A DNA stretch of 64,000 bases. It comes from a virus. Both the position numbers and the translations under genes were made by a program. This document shows, in pieces, positions 27,177-36,776 of this stretch (its first letter is position 1; the number at the start of each line of letters is the position of its first letter). The stretch spans positions 28,414 through 92,413 of the IMG/VR virus record IMGVR_UViG_3300030060_002740. One strand, written 5' to 3'. Under the pieces are notes generated by a model. That model was not told where the DNA came from. It was given only the letters and a program-made list of their open reading frames with translations, and did not search any database.

Positions 27177-28835
27177 ATGGTAGAAGAAAGAAGAAGATTT
27201 AGTTTAACAAATTTGTTTAGGCAAACTACGCCTAAGCCCGCAGATAGAACAGTATACAATCCGGGTATACAAGAGAGAGATAATTCATATCTTTTGACTA
27301 GTCCAATCATCTATCACATAGTATCTCAATCAACTATTGTTAGAACCTGTATCACTCAGTTGAAACAGGAGATATTCAGAAGAGGATATCATTGGGATTC
27401 TAAGTTTGCTCTAAAATGTAGAAATTGTGGTAAGGAACACGAAAACACAGTAAAGCAATGTGTTGAATGTGAAAGCACTGATTTGGCAAAGCCTAATGTT
27501 GAACAACTAAAATATGCTAAAGAGTTCTTAGATGGGTATGTGAATTGCTCAGAGCAGATGTTTATTGATGTCCTAAAGGAACTTGAAGATGACTTGAATA
27601 TAATGGATGACGCATACTTGGTAATGGTAAAGGAATACTATGCCGATAACAACTCCAAGGTCAGGATGCACAGAATAAAGGAAGTATACAGAGGCGACCC
27701 AGTTACTATGCACATCTATTCAAACGATTTGGGAGAAAGAGGCAAAGCCGGATATACTTGTTTAAGACATAGAGATAGAGTATATTCAAGTCCAACTGAA
27801 CTTTGCGAAACTTGTAATTCAGAACTCTATCCTATTCATTATGTTAACAGGGTAAATGGTGAAGAACAGTATTTCGTAAAGGGAGAAGTTCTACACTTCA
27901 GCAAATACTCTCCAAGTAGATTATATGGACTTTCACCTATAATCACTCTATGGAATAATGTTACAACATTGATTGCTATGGAGAATTATGTTAACTCATC
28001 ATATACCAAAGCAAGAATGCCGAAGGGACTTCTTGCTGTTCAAACAAGAAACATGGATTCGATGAAGTCATTTTGGCGTGGTGTCAAAGAAAAGATGGAG
28101 CAAGACCCACACTTCATACCTGTAATGGGAATAGAGGGAGAAGGCGGTAAGGGTTCTGTTGAATGGGTCAAGTTCATGGACAGTCTAAAAGAAATGGATT
28201 ACATACAAGTTAAGGATGATTTGAGAGATAGGATTTCAGCATTCTATGGTGTGAGTAAAATCTTCATGGCAGATAACTCTGCAAGTGGTGGATTGAACAA
28301 TGAGGGTATGCAAGTATTAGTTACTAATAGAGCAGTTGAAATGGCTCAAACAATTTGGAATAACTATGTGTTCCCATTTATGACGGAAGAATTTGGTATA
28401 ACTGATTGGCGTTTGAAACTACCACCATCCGAAGAAGAGGATGAAATTGCAGTTCTACGTAAAAGAGAGATAGAAGTGAATGTCGCTGCTGCAATTAAAA
28501 ACTTAGGATTTGAAGTAGACATGGATGATGAAGGTGGATTCATTTACACAAAACCTGAACCTAAAGAACCAACAGAAGGAGAAGGTGAAGAAGGTAGCGA
28601 AGAAGTTGAATTAGACCCATACGCCGGAACTGATATTGATGCCTCTCAACTAGGACAATTACAAGAACAAATGATGGGTGGTGGAAATAAGTCTGAGAGC
28701 AAACCTCAAGAGAACCCCCCCGCTACGAGAAACAAACCATCTATGGCAACTGGGCCGGATAAAAGATTTACAGGATTACCAAGAGAAGCCGGAAATGAAA
28801 ATGTTGACGAAAGAACAGAGAGGAGAGTAGGATGA
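27177..28835 (+). CDS. portal protein with Cys-rich insertions
   Basis: Downstream of TerL; EVLHF...YGLSPI, ISAFYGVS, LNNEG portal-type motifs; acidic C-terminal tail. Confidence 0.85.
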   Translation: MVEERRRFSLTNLFRQTTPKPADRTVYNPGIQERDNSYLLTSPIIYHIVSQSTIVRTCITQLKQEIFRRGYHWDSKFALKCRNCGKEHENTVKQCVECESTDLAKPNVEQLKYAKEFLDGYVNCSEQMFIDVLKELEDDLNIMDDAYLVMVKEYYADNNSKVRMHRIKEVYRGDPVTMHIYSNDLGERGKAGYTCLRHRDRVYSSPTELCETCNSELYPIHYVNRVNGEEQYFVKGEVLHFSKYSPSRLYGLSPIITLWNNVTTLIAMENYVNSSYTKARMPKGLLAVQTRNMDSMKSFWRGVKEKMEQDPHFIPVMGIEGEGGKGSVEWVKFMDSLKEMDYIQVKDDLRDRISAFYGVSKIFMADNSASGGLNNEGMQVLVTNRAVEMAQTIWNNYVFPFMTEEFGITDWRLKLPPSEEEDEIAVLRKREIEVNVAAAIKNLGFEVDMDDEGGFIYTKPEPKEPTEGEGEEGSEEVELDPYAGTDIDASQLGQLQEQMMGGGNKSESKPQENPPATRNKPSMATGPDKRFTGLPREAGNENVDERTERRVG

Positions 28836-29161
28836 GTTGGGAAGATACGATAAGAAAGAATGTGTTTGATAAAAACCCTAATGATATGACTGACTTTATG
28901 AATGTCAGTCCTAGAATGGAAAGGGAAGCAGAAAAGAGAACACAGGGGGAAAATAGATACAAGATAGAGAGAATGTTACTGGATGCTTCTGTTGCTTTAG
29001 GTAATGCAGAAAAGTTGTTAACTGAGTTAAATAGAGAACATAAAGATGAATTAAACTCTACTGAATATATGAAAGGAGATAGATTAAAGAATAGTATGTC
29101 TAAACTCATAAGAAGAAGTGTAAAGAACATCTCAGTTGTTGAAAAAGAATTGTTTAGGTGA
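28832..29161 (+). CDS. hypothetical protein (MSWEDTIRK)
   Basis: 109 aa. Confidence 0.65.
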   Translation: MSWEDTIRKNVFDKNPNDMTDFMNVSPRMEREAEKRTQGENRYKIERMLLDASVALGNAEKLLTELNREHKDELNSTEYMKGDRLKNSMSKLIRRSVKNISVVEKELFR

Positions 29162-29167
29162 TTTAGA

Positions 29168-29569
29168 ATGAGTTGGCGGGTTATTCTGAAAGAGGTTTCT
29201 TGTCCTTTAGCCACTCAAGATTTAATGTTGAATACAAAAAATAGAGATGCTTCAGTAAAAAATCCTAACATCAGATATGGCCCACTTAATCTTGAAGATG
29301 AAGATTATTGGGTAGAATATGGAAAGAGATGGAATACTACTGCTGATGTAGCAAAAGAATCTAATTGTAGCAATTGTGTTGCTTTTGATATATCACCGAG
29401 AATGGATGACTGTATGCCGTTGACTACTGATGAAGATGGATATTTAGGTTACTGTTGGATGCACCATTTCAAATGTCATTCAGCAAGAACATGTTATACT
29501 TGGGCTAAAGGTGGCCCAATAGATGATGATGCAACATCAAAAGAAAATCAAATGAGGGGTAAACAATGA
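29168..29569 (+). CDS. Cys-rich phage protein (MSWRVILK)
   Basis: CPLATQD...YGPLN...CSNCVAF...GYCWMHHFKCHSARTC. Confidence 0.7.
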   Translation: MSWRVILKEVSCPLATQDLMLNTKNRDASVKNPNIRYGPLNLEDEDYWVEYGKRWNTTADVAKESNCSNCVAFDISPRMDDCMPLTTDEDGYLGYCWMHHFKCHSARTCYTWAKGGPIDDDATSKENQMRGKQ

Positions 29570-29682
29570 ATTGGTTCGATGTATTAAAGAAATTAAAAGG
29601 TAAACAAAAACTACTTGACAAAGATGATGATGGAGATATTGATGAAGAAGACTTCAAAGCACTAAGGGAGGAGAAGGAATGA
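29566..29682 (+). CDS. microprotein with EF-hand-like DxDxDG loop (MNWFDVLK, 38 aa)
   Basis: Manual translation ...LDKDDDGDIDEEDFKALR; ATGA overlaps at both ends. Confidence 0.7.
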   Translation: MNWFDVLKKLKGKQKLLDKDDDGDIDEEDFKALREEKE

Positions 29683-29933
29683 GTTGGCAAGATATACTAA
29701 AAAACGAGATGGACATAAAGACATTAGAAGAAATAGCAGGTGAATTGGAGAAAGCAGTTGAAGCACATGGTTCTCAAGCAAAGAGAATCAGAGAGATAAT
29801 TTCTCAATACAAGAAAGAACCACCCACAAAAATGCCCTCACCACAATACATAACCAATAGGCCAAAAACCGCAGGGCAACAGTCTATGATAGATAGAGCA
29901 ACTAGGAACTTGAGAGAACAAGAGAGAAGGTGA
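29679..29933 (+). CDS. hypothetical protein (MSWQDILK)
   Basis: 84 aa. Confidence 0.7.
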   Translation: MSWQDILKNEMDIKTLEEIAGELEKAVEAHGSQAKRIREIISQYKKEPPTKMPSPQYITNRPKTAGQQSMIDRATRNLREQERR

Positions 29934-29937
29934 TTAC

Positions 29938-30165
29938 ATGAGTGAAGAAAAAACAGTAAGAGAGTTAGAAAGAGAATTGAAGGCAGCAAGGGTTAGAGAA
30001 AGAAAGGAACACACCGATAAGGTGACTGTTAGTAGAGACTATTCTATTGGTGGTATTGATAGAGATACCACAGTAGAAAAGAAAAGTCCTGATTCTGCTG
30101 ATATACCTGATGCTATTCTGCTACCTAAGAGTAAGAGAAACCGAAGAGAGAACATACCTTTCTGA
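29938..30165 (+). CDS. hypothetical protein
   Basis: 75 aa; AGGTGA RBS. Confidence 0.65.
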   Translation: MSEEKTVRELERELKAARVRERKEHTDKVTVSRDYSIGGIDRDTTVEKKSPDSADIPDAILLPKSKRNRRENIPF

Positions 30166-30174
30166 GTTGGTTAC

Positions 30175-32004
30175 ATGACATGGACTAGTATTCTCAAGAG
30201 AAGCGAAATCCATGCTGATGTTATGTGGGCTTACAATCAAGCCCAACAACAAGAATCAACCAAGTTTCCTATTGCAGATTTGCGTGAGGCGCATCGTGCA
30301 TTAGACGATGCAGCCGAAAAAGACGCAGAAGAAAGAGATGAATCGGAGGCTAAGGTTACAAATATTTTGAGTAGAGGTTTTTTCTCTAACTCAAGGGATA
30401 GGTTAACTCCTGTTGAGTTTGAGAAGGATAAAAGAAAGTTCGTCAACAGAATAAATAATTTAGAAAGATTACTAAACAAAAGAAGTACAGAATCTATGAA
30501 ACTTCCCGAAGGACAGACATTGAACATAAGAGATTTAGATGCTATAAGAGAAGAAAACTCTTTGCTAGAATTATTGTTTGAGGGAGAGAAAAAAGTTCTC
30601 GTTAAACTAAGAGAAGGATTAGGAGAAAGAAAAGATGCTGCCATTGACTTTGCAGAAAAACTTACTGATGCAATGGAATCATGGGATAGGTACGGAGATA
30701 ATACCCGTAGTAGAAATCTTGCTGATAACCTAAGACCACGACTATCATCAGGAGCAAAGAACCTACAAGCATATTTGTTAGAGGGAAAGGGTCGAATTAG
30801 AACTGAGGTTTCTTCTGTATTTCACGAAAAGAATGCAGAGTTCGATGATGAAAGTAAAACTTGGAGTCCTCTTAAGGTATATCCAAAGGGAAACACTTCC
30901 TTGGAATTACTTGAGCAAATATACTCTTATCTTAGAATACCAATAAAAATATCAGGAGAAGATGAAGCCGGAGAGAAGGCAATACGAAGTTATTTCTCAT
31001 TGGATGTGGATGGTTTTGTAGAAGAGATTCATGATATGATAGGCAGTGATGACCCAAAGATTCACGCTAAATTATTCTTTAACAAGGATGATGTTTTGAG
31101 AAAGATATACAGAATAGTTCCTGAAATCATACAGATTGCAGAGGAAAAGATGGATGAGAAGGAAAAGAGGGATTTGCTTACTAAGCATTTTGACGTGTTG
31201 GAGTATCTGATTAGGATTAATTCTTTGACTGGTGATTATAGTAGACTCAAAGAAAGCAGGTTGGACAAGGTGAAAAGATTTGCTCATATGCGAAAGGGAA
31301 AAAGAAATCTCAGTATGAATAGAAACTTCCCGATGTTAGAAGATGCGTATGAGGAGTATGAGGCAAACCCAAGTGAATATCATGAAAGTGGTAGAAAACA
31401 AAGAAGGGCAGGGAAAGACGCTTCTTCTCTACAAACCCTTGGATTGAAACCAATACCTGACGGAGCAGTTAGGGGAACTTACCCTAAGAAAAAGAAGGTA
31501 GAAGACTTACAAAGAGAAATTGTTTCTTTCGGGGAAAAAGCAAGGGAAGCAATCAAAGAAGAACAAAAGAAACTTGCTGTTAACAAGCCTAAGACAGAAA
31601 AAGAAAAAATTCAAGCAGAGAGAACTTTCTTACTTCCTCTCAAGAGGCAGATAGAGAGATACACGAAAGAAGTAGAAGAACTAGGGTTACTGTTTGAGGA
31701 TACTCCTGAGTCTGCTGCCGAGTTCCATGACTATGGAGATTTAAGTTCTGATAACTTAGATGAAAAAATAGAAGAAGCAAAGGAGCAATTGAAACTCGCA
31801 GAGGAGGCAAAATTGGAAGAAGAGGAATTAGAAACATACAAGGATTATGTTGTTACTCTGCAAACTATCAAGAAACTCCCCCAAATTAGAGAAACAGTTG
31901 GTAGGATTCAAAGCATAATAGATTCTGCTAAATATCCTATAATGTCTGAGCAACAATCATTAGATGAACCCTCATCTGAAGATGCAAAGGAGGAGTCTGC
32001 ATGA
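30175..32004 (+). CDS. large charged helical protein (MTWTSILK)
   Basis: 609 aa. Confidence 0.75.
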   Translation: MTWTSILKRSEIHADVMWAYNQAQQQESTKFPIADLREAHRALDDAAEKDAEERDESEAKVTNILSRGFFSNSRDRLTPVEFEKDKRKFVNRINNLERLLNKRSTESMKLPEGQTLNIRDLDAIREENSLLELLFEGEKKVLVKLREGLGERKDAAIDFAEKLTDAMESWDRYGDNTRSRNLADNLRPRLSSGAKNLQAYLLEGKGRIRTEVSSVFHEKNAEFDDESKTWSPLKVYPKGNTSLELLEQIYSYLRIPIKISGEDEAGEKAIRSYFSLDVDGFVEEIHDMIGSDDPKIHAKLFFNKDDVLRKIYRIVPEIIQIAEEKMDEKEKRDLLTKHFDVLEYLIRINSLTGDYSRLKESRLDKVKRFAHMRKGKRNLSMNRNFPMLEDAYEEYEANPSEYHESGRKQRRAGKDASSLQTLGLKPIPDGAVRGTYPKKKKVEDLQREIVSFGEKAREAIKEEQKKLAVNKPKTEKEKIQAERTFLLPLKRQIERYTKEVEELGLLFEDTPESAAEFHDYGDLSSDNLDEKIEEAKEQLKLAEEAKLEEEELETYKDYVVTLQTIKKLPQIRETVGRIQSIIDSAKYPIMSEQQSLDEPSSEDAKEESA

Positions 32005-32345
32005 GTTGGCAAGATGTTCTAAAGGAAGAGGGATTCTACTTCGCTCCTGTTTTCATTGAGAAACTCGACGGTAAGCAGAAAAAGAAGTTGAAGAAACTCA
32101 TACAGAAGGCCCAACCAACAAACATGATGGGTCAAGACATGACTCAACTCTCAGATATAATCGAAGAACTGAAAGATATGGATTTAGTAAAATCCGACAA
32201 GAAACTAAGTAAAACCGTAGAAGGGTTTGATGAGAAGAACTTGGATATCCTCGCTTCTGCCTCTGAGTTGAGGAAAGACTACGAAACATTATTCACACAA
32301 CTAAGGAAAATGGTTTATCCACCATCAAAGAAAGGTAAGCAGTGA
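32001..32345 (+). CDS. hypothetical protein (MSWQDVLK)
   Basis: 114 aa; GGAGG RBS. Confidence 0.7.
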   Translation: MSWQDVLKEEGFYFAPVFIEKLDGKQKKKLKKLIQKAQPTNMMGQDMTQLSDIIEELKDMDLVKSDKKLSKTVEGFDEKNLDILASASELRKDYETLFTQLRKMVYPPSKKGKQ

Positions 32346-32349
32346 TACA

Positions 32350-32430
32350 ATGAATTGGAAAGAAGAACTAAGAATACGGATTAAAGAAAGTTTATCTAAA
32401 ATGTATGAGGAGGAAGCATACAATGAGTGA
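32350..32430 (+). CDS. microprotein (MNWKEELR, 26 aa)
   Basis: Manual translation; fills the gap and carries a variant of the W motif. Confidence 0.4.
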   Translation: MNWKEELRIRIKESLSKMYEEEAYNE

Positions 32431-32644
32431 CGAGATGTTGATGCTGATGAAAGAATTGGTAGACAAAGTGAAAGCCTTAGAGCAAGCAGTTTACCACAAA
32501 GACAACCTATTGATGAAATCAGGATTTGTTGTTTACGATTCACCTACACCCACAATGAATAGTAAAGATGTTGTAGGTAGTAGTACGATAAAAAAGAGTA
32601 TGGATTGGGAAGACATACATGAATTAGTAAAACAGATGGAGTGA
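32423..32644 (+). CDS. hypothetical protein ending KKSMDWEDIHELVKQME
   Basis: ATG after GAGGAGG; C-terminus resembles the scaffold C-terminus. Confidence 0.7.
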   Translation: MSDEMLMLMKELVDKVKALEQAVYHKDNLLMKSGFVVYDSPTPTMNSKDVVGSSTIKKSMDWEDIHELVKQME

Positions 32645-32868
32645 GCGATATGCCGGAGAGAGTAACAAAAGAAGAGAAAGTAGTCGAATTGGCTATTGCA
32701 AAAGCAAAAGAAGTATTGCAAGAGGCTAAACACCTTGGGCAGTTAGAGTTAGATGAGCCTCTTACTGGTGAAGAAGTAAAAGTAAAAAGACCAAAGAAGA
32801 ATCCTTCGGAAGAACCTTTGCCAAAAACAAGTAATGTCGAAGGAAAAGAAGATAAGTTAAATGACTGA
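32641..32868 (+). CDS. hypothetical protein
   Basis: 75 aa, charged. Confidence 0.6.
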   Translation: MSDMPERVTKEEKVVELAIAKAKEVLQEAKHLGQLELDEPLTGEEVKVKRPKKNPSEEPLPKTSNVEGKEDKLND

Positions 32869-32895
32869 ATCCCTACGAAAGACTTGAGGGGTCAG

Positions 32896-35487
32896 ATGCC
32901 GCAAACAGGAATAGAGTTTGAAAAAGAAACTAGTGGCCTCACAAAACAGGTCTTAGATTTCTTTGAGAAGGTTCGTTATTCCTATCTTTCAGCAAGAGAA
33001 AATCCCGATGACTACGGGGATGCTTGGAAAAAAACAGTAAAGGATATCAGAGAACAATTAGATTCTCTTGATGATTTCAGCAATGAGTTGAAAACTTATG
33101 TCAAGGAAGACTTGGCTCAATCTGATGAAGCATACAATCCAAAGTCAAGACAAGCAAAAGAATTGTACGAAGCGGTAAAAGAACTTAGGTTCAAATCCGA
33201 AAAAGTCAGTGACCCGTTTTCAAAACAACTTGGTGATGATGTAATACCTAAGTTGTTGAAGAATGAAGCATTATTCGCTTATTTTATTCATTATGCACTA
33301 CGCTCTCATGCAAATGCTTTACCTGAAAAAGCGTGGAAGGCAGTGGAACTCAAACCTGACAAGATAACTCAAAACGTGATGGGTTTGGATTTAGAGCCAA
33401 AGGACATACCGCTATACATCATAGAACATTATGGCGGGGAAGAGGAAGACACAAGAAGAGTAGAGAGTAAGTTCAAGGGGGCTTACAAATTATTGGAGAA
33501 GGTGTATGCCTCTCAATATGATGAGGGTAAATGGGAGAATCTTGTTGAGTTAGATATTGCTAAGAGTGAGCAAAAGCAAGAAATTGATTTTATCGTTCCC
33601 AACAAACCAATGTATAGAATCTTTGAGATAGATGACATGAAGGAAATCAAGGGTCTTACTGGTGAGTACATTGTCCAAGAGAAGTATGACGGGATGAGAA
33701 TACAACTTCACAAGTTCAATGGTAAAGTCAGAATATACTCTTTCAATGAAAAAGACATTACAGATAAGTGTTCAAAACAAGTTAAGCAATTAGAAAAGAA
33801 AGCATTTGGGGATTGTATCTTAGATGGAGAACTCATGTTGTTTGACGGTGATGAACCACTACATAGAGCAGATACAATAGCCCATGTTTTCAAGAACAAA
33901 AAGGGTGGTGAACTAAAAGCACACGTCTTTGATATTATGGTTCATGAAGGAAAGAACATCGCTGATGAAACCCTAAGAGAAAGAAATAACATTCTTCTGT
34001 ACCAATACGCTCAACATTCATCAGAAGACTTAGCATTCCCATCTAAGAAAGATACAAGGATTGCTGACTCCATAAAAGAAGTAGAAACCTATGCTAAAGA
34101 AATAATGCAGTTACCTGCATCAGAAGGTGTGGTAATCAAGGATATAGAATCAACATACTACATTGGGGTTAAGAAAAATCCTAAGTGGATTAAGTGGAAG
34201 AAGTTCGTTGACTTGGATGTTATAGTTTTAGATGATAAGAAAACAAAGAGCAACTTACATTCCTACACAATGGGAGTTGGGCCAGTAAATGCTGAAACTG
34301 CTAGGAACTACAAGACTGTTGAGTTTGAGGATAAAGACTACTTAGAAGTAGGTAAGGCTCTCAATACAAAACAATCAGTAAAGATTGGTAGCATAGTCAG
34401 AGTGAAAGTTGACGAGGTTAAAAAAGGAAAGGACGGTTTCAAATTGTTCTCTGCTAAAGTTATAGAGATACCTGAAGTAACACAATCGGATACTGTTGAA
34501 ACATTAGAGCAATTAGCAAGTAAGACAAAGAAATCTCTCAATGCAATCGGATACACCTTTGGAGAAACAGTAGGCGGTGCATTTGAAGTTACATCAGGAA
34601 TGAAGAACCCAAGAGGTCAGACTAAGAAAGATGTAAAGAAAGGATATTACATTACAGACCACATACATGGAACTGCTGAGATTATTCTAAAGGAGGACAT
34701 GGATGGTTTCACAATCTATGGGTTTGAGGGAGATTCTCTTATGCAGAAGAATGCTCTATACAACATAGATATGTGGAAAGAACAAGTGGTTAGTATAATG
34801 AAAAGTAAACGTTCTACCTTTAGATTGGCTATCCGCAATGAGATATTAGACAGTGGTAGAGATAATCTAAGGTTTGAGCAGATATTAGATTATGTCAAAG
34901 ACAAACATCAAGGAACCTTTGAGGATTTATTCGACTCAGATGAAGGAAGATTAATGTCTTGGATGAAACAACAAGAAGATTTGGTTTATCTTCATCCCAA
35001 CAAGTTTACTGCAAGAGAAGACGTATTGGAAAAGGATGTTGAAGAATTACAAAAAGAAGAAATGGGAAAGTATACAATTAATCTTAGAGAAGATAATAAT
35101 GTTGATTTAATCATAGAATACAAAGACGAGCGTATGGGTTGGACTATTGATATTGAAGAGTCAGAAGACATATACGAGTTGTTTGGTAAATCAGGTAAGT
35201 ATCCGGCTATTGTTATGAAGAATGCAGGTGAGCCTAAGAAAGTCTTAGATAAAGGAAATATAGAATTAGGAATTCAAAAAGATGGATACCATGAATATAG
35301 ATTAGATGGAGATAAGTTCCAAACAAGAATGCACTTTAGAGTAATTCCTTTAGATGAACAAAAGAGTTGGATAGCATGGACAGGAAAGAAACAGGAAATG
35401 TTAGACGATGAAGAGAACCCAAATAAATGGAATCTGAATGAAGACTCTTATGCTCAATTACCTTTCCCTTCGGATAAAAAAGAGTAA
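32896..35487 (+). CDS. lig: ATP-dependent DNA ligase with N- and C-terminal extensions
   Basis: Motif I EKYDG, III ILDGEL, IIIa HVFDI, IV EGVVIK, V WIKWK, followed by an OB-fold-like region. Confidence 0.9.
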   Translation: MPQTGIEFEKETSGLTKQVLDFFEKVRYSYLSARENPDDYGDAWKKTVKDIREQLDSLDDFSNELKTYVKEDLAQSDEAYNPKSRQAKELYEAVKELRFKSEKVSDPFSKQLGDDVIPKLLKNEALFAYFIHYALRSHANALPEKAWKAVELKPDKITQNVMGLDLEPKDIPLYIIEHYGGEEEDTRRVESKFKGAYKLLEKVYASQYDEGKWENLVELDIAKSEQKQEIDFIVPNKPMYRIFEIDDMKEIKGLTGEYIVQEKYDGMRIQLHKFNGKVRIYSFNEKDITDKCSKQVKQLEKKAFGDCILDGELMLFDGDEPLHRADTIAHVFKNKKGGELKAHVFDIMVHEGKNIADETLRERNNILLYQYAQHSSEDLAFPSKKDTRIADSIKEVETYAKEIMQLPASEGVVIKDIESTYYIGVKKNPKWIKWKKFVDLDVIVLDDKKTKSNLHSYTMGVGPVNAETARNYKTVEFEDKDYLEVGKALNTKQSVKIGSIVRVKVDEVKKGKDGFKLFSAKVIEIPEVTQSDTVETLEQLASKTKKSLNAIGYTFGETVGGAFEVTSGMKNPRGQTKKDVKKGYYITDHIHGTAEIILKEDMDGFTIYGFEGDSLMQKNALYNIDMWKEQVVSIMKSKRSTFRLAIRNEILDSGRDNLRFEQILDYVKDKHQGTFEDLFDSDEGRLMSWMKQQEDLVYLHPNKFTAREDVLEKDVEELQKEEMGKYTINLREDNNVDLIIEYKDERMGWTIDIEESEDIYELFGKSGKYPAIVMKNAGEPKKVLDKGNIELGIQKDGYHEYRLDGDKFQTRMHFRVIPLDEQKSWIAWTGKKQEMLDDEENPNKWNLNEDSYAQLPFPSDKKE

Positions 35488-35532
35488 ATATTACTATTAC
35501 TTCATATAGTAAGAGTGTAAAACTTACCGACA

Positions 35533-36774
35533 ATGCTGATGATGGGTACTCCTTTACTAAAGGCTGAGAGTAACCATGAGTTTAGTATTTTGAAGTCTGA
35601 CAACCTAATTATTGGTGGTTATGCTTCAATCGAAATAGTGGACAAGCAGAATGATTTAATCACACTTGAAGCACTACAAGATGCAGTAAACAAATACATG
35701 GTTGATGAGAAATACAGAAATGTAATGTCTAACCATTCTAATGTGCAAGTTGGAGAAGTTGTAGAACAGTATAGAGATGCTAACGGAGTTTTGCACAAGA
35801 CTGCGGTAGATGACGTAGGATTCTATGTTGTAATAAAACTACGAGATGATATTGAGAAAGCAAAAGAAATTTCAAGAGGAATTAGAAAGGGAACTCTACG
35901 TTCCTTTAGTATTGGAGGACAAGCCATTTCAAAGAGACAGAGAACTTCTGATGAGTATGGGGAGTACAATGAGATAGACAGGTTGGAACTGCATGAAGTT
36001 ACAATCTGCGAGAAGGGGATAAACCCCGAAGCGAAATTCGACATTTTAAAAATGGAGGAAAAAAACATGAGTGAAAAGTTAGAAAAAGCACTTGAAGAAC
36101 TGAACGACCTGATGAAACAGGTTAGTGATGTTACTTCAACAGAAAATGAAGACGTAACGAAGAACGAAATGGCCTATATGGACACCAAAGACGACGAGAT
36201 GGCTATGGCTGATGATGAATCAGGCAGCATGGACAAGGGTATGTACGGCGGCAAGGATATGGACAAGGCAGATGATGAGGAGATGGACGACGACACGAAG
36301 AAGGAACTTGATGAAGATTCAACAAGAGACTACGATGCCGGAGAGTTGGTTGTAGATAACGGCAACCCCACTGATACTCCAACCGAACTAAAGTCATTTG
36401 GTCTTGATGGAGCAGACTTTGCTACACTAGACCTATCTGCTGAGAACGTAGAAAAGGCATATGCAAAGTATAAGGCGGAGAAAATGGAAGCAATGGCTTA
36501 CGATTCTCTATCAAAGCAATTTGAAGCCCGTCTTACAGAAGAGTTGTCTGTAAAGAAAGCGGAAGCAGAAAAAGCATCTTACGATGCTCGCACAGATGTA
36601 GCGGCACTAAAAGAAGAGTTTGCTGAACTACGCAAGTCATTGTCCGAGAAGGACACAGAAATAAGGAAGGCACAGGAAGTAGCATTTGCTCTACCTGATG
36701 GAATGCCAACAAGCATTGAGGCGGCGGCTGATATGTCTTGGGAAGATATTCACGCATTAACAAGAGGTGATTAA
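35533..36774 (+). CDS. prohead protease (HK97-type) fused to a scaffold domain
   Basis: GYAS..IVDKQND, MSNH, SFSIGG, LHEVTIC..GINPEA; acidic coiled-coil C-half; directly upstream of MCP. Confidence 0.88.
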   Translation: MLMMGTPLLKAESNHEFSILKSDNLIIGGYASIEIVDKQNDLITLEALQDAVNKYMVDEKYRNVMSNHSNVQVGEVVEQYRDANGVLHKTAVDDVGFYVVIKLRDDIEKAKEISRGIRKGTLRSFSIGGQAISKRQRTSDEYGEYNEIDRLELHEVTICEKGINPEAKFDILKMEEKNMSEKLEKALEELNDLMKQVSDVTSTENEDVTKNEMAYMDTKDDEMAMADDESGSMDKGMYGGKDMDKADDEEMDDDTKKELDEDSTRDYDAGELVVDNGNPTDTPTELKSFGLDGADFATLDLSAENVEKAYAKYKAEKMEAMAYDSLSKQFEARLTEELSVKKAEAEKASYDARTDVAALKEEFAELRKSLSEKDTEIRKAQEVAFALPDGMPTSIEAAADMSWEDIHALTRGD

Positions 36775-36776
36775 AC

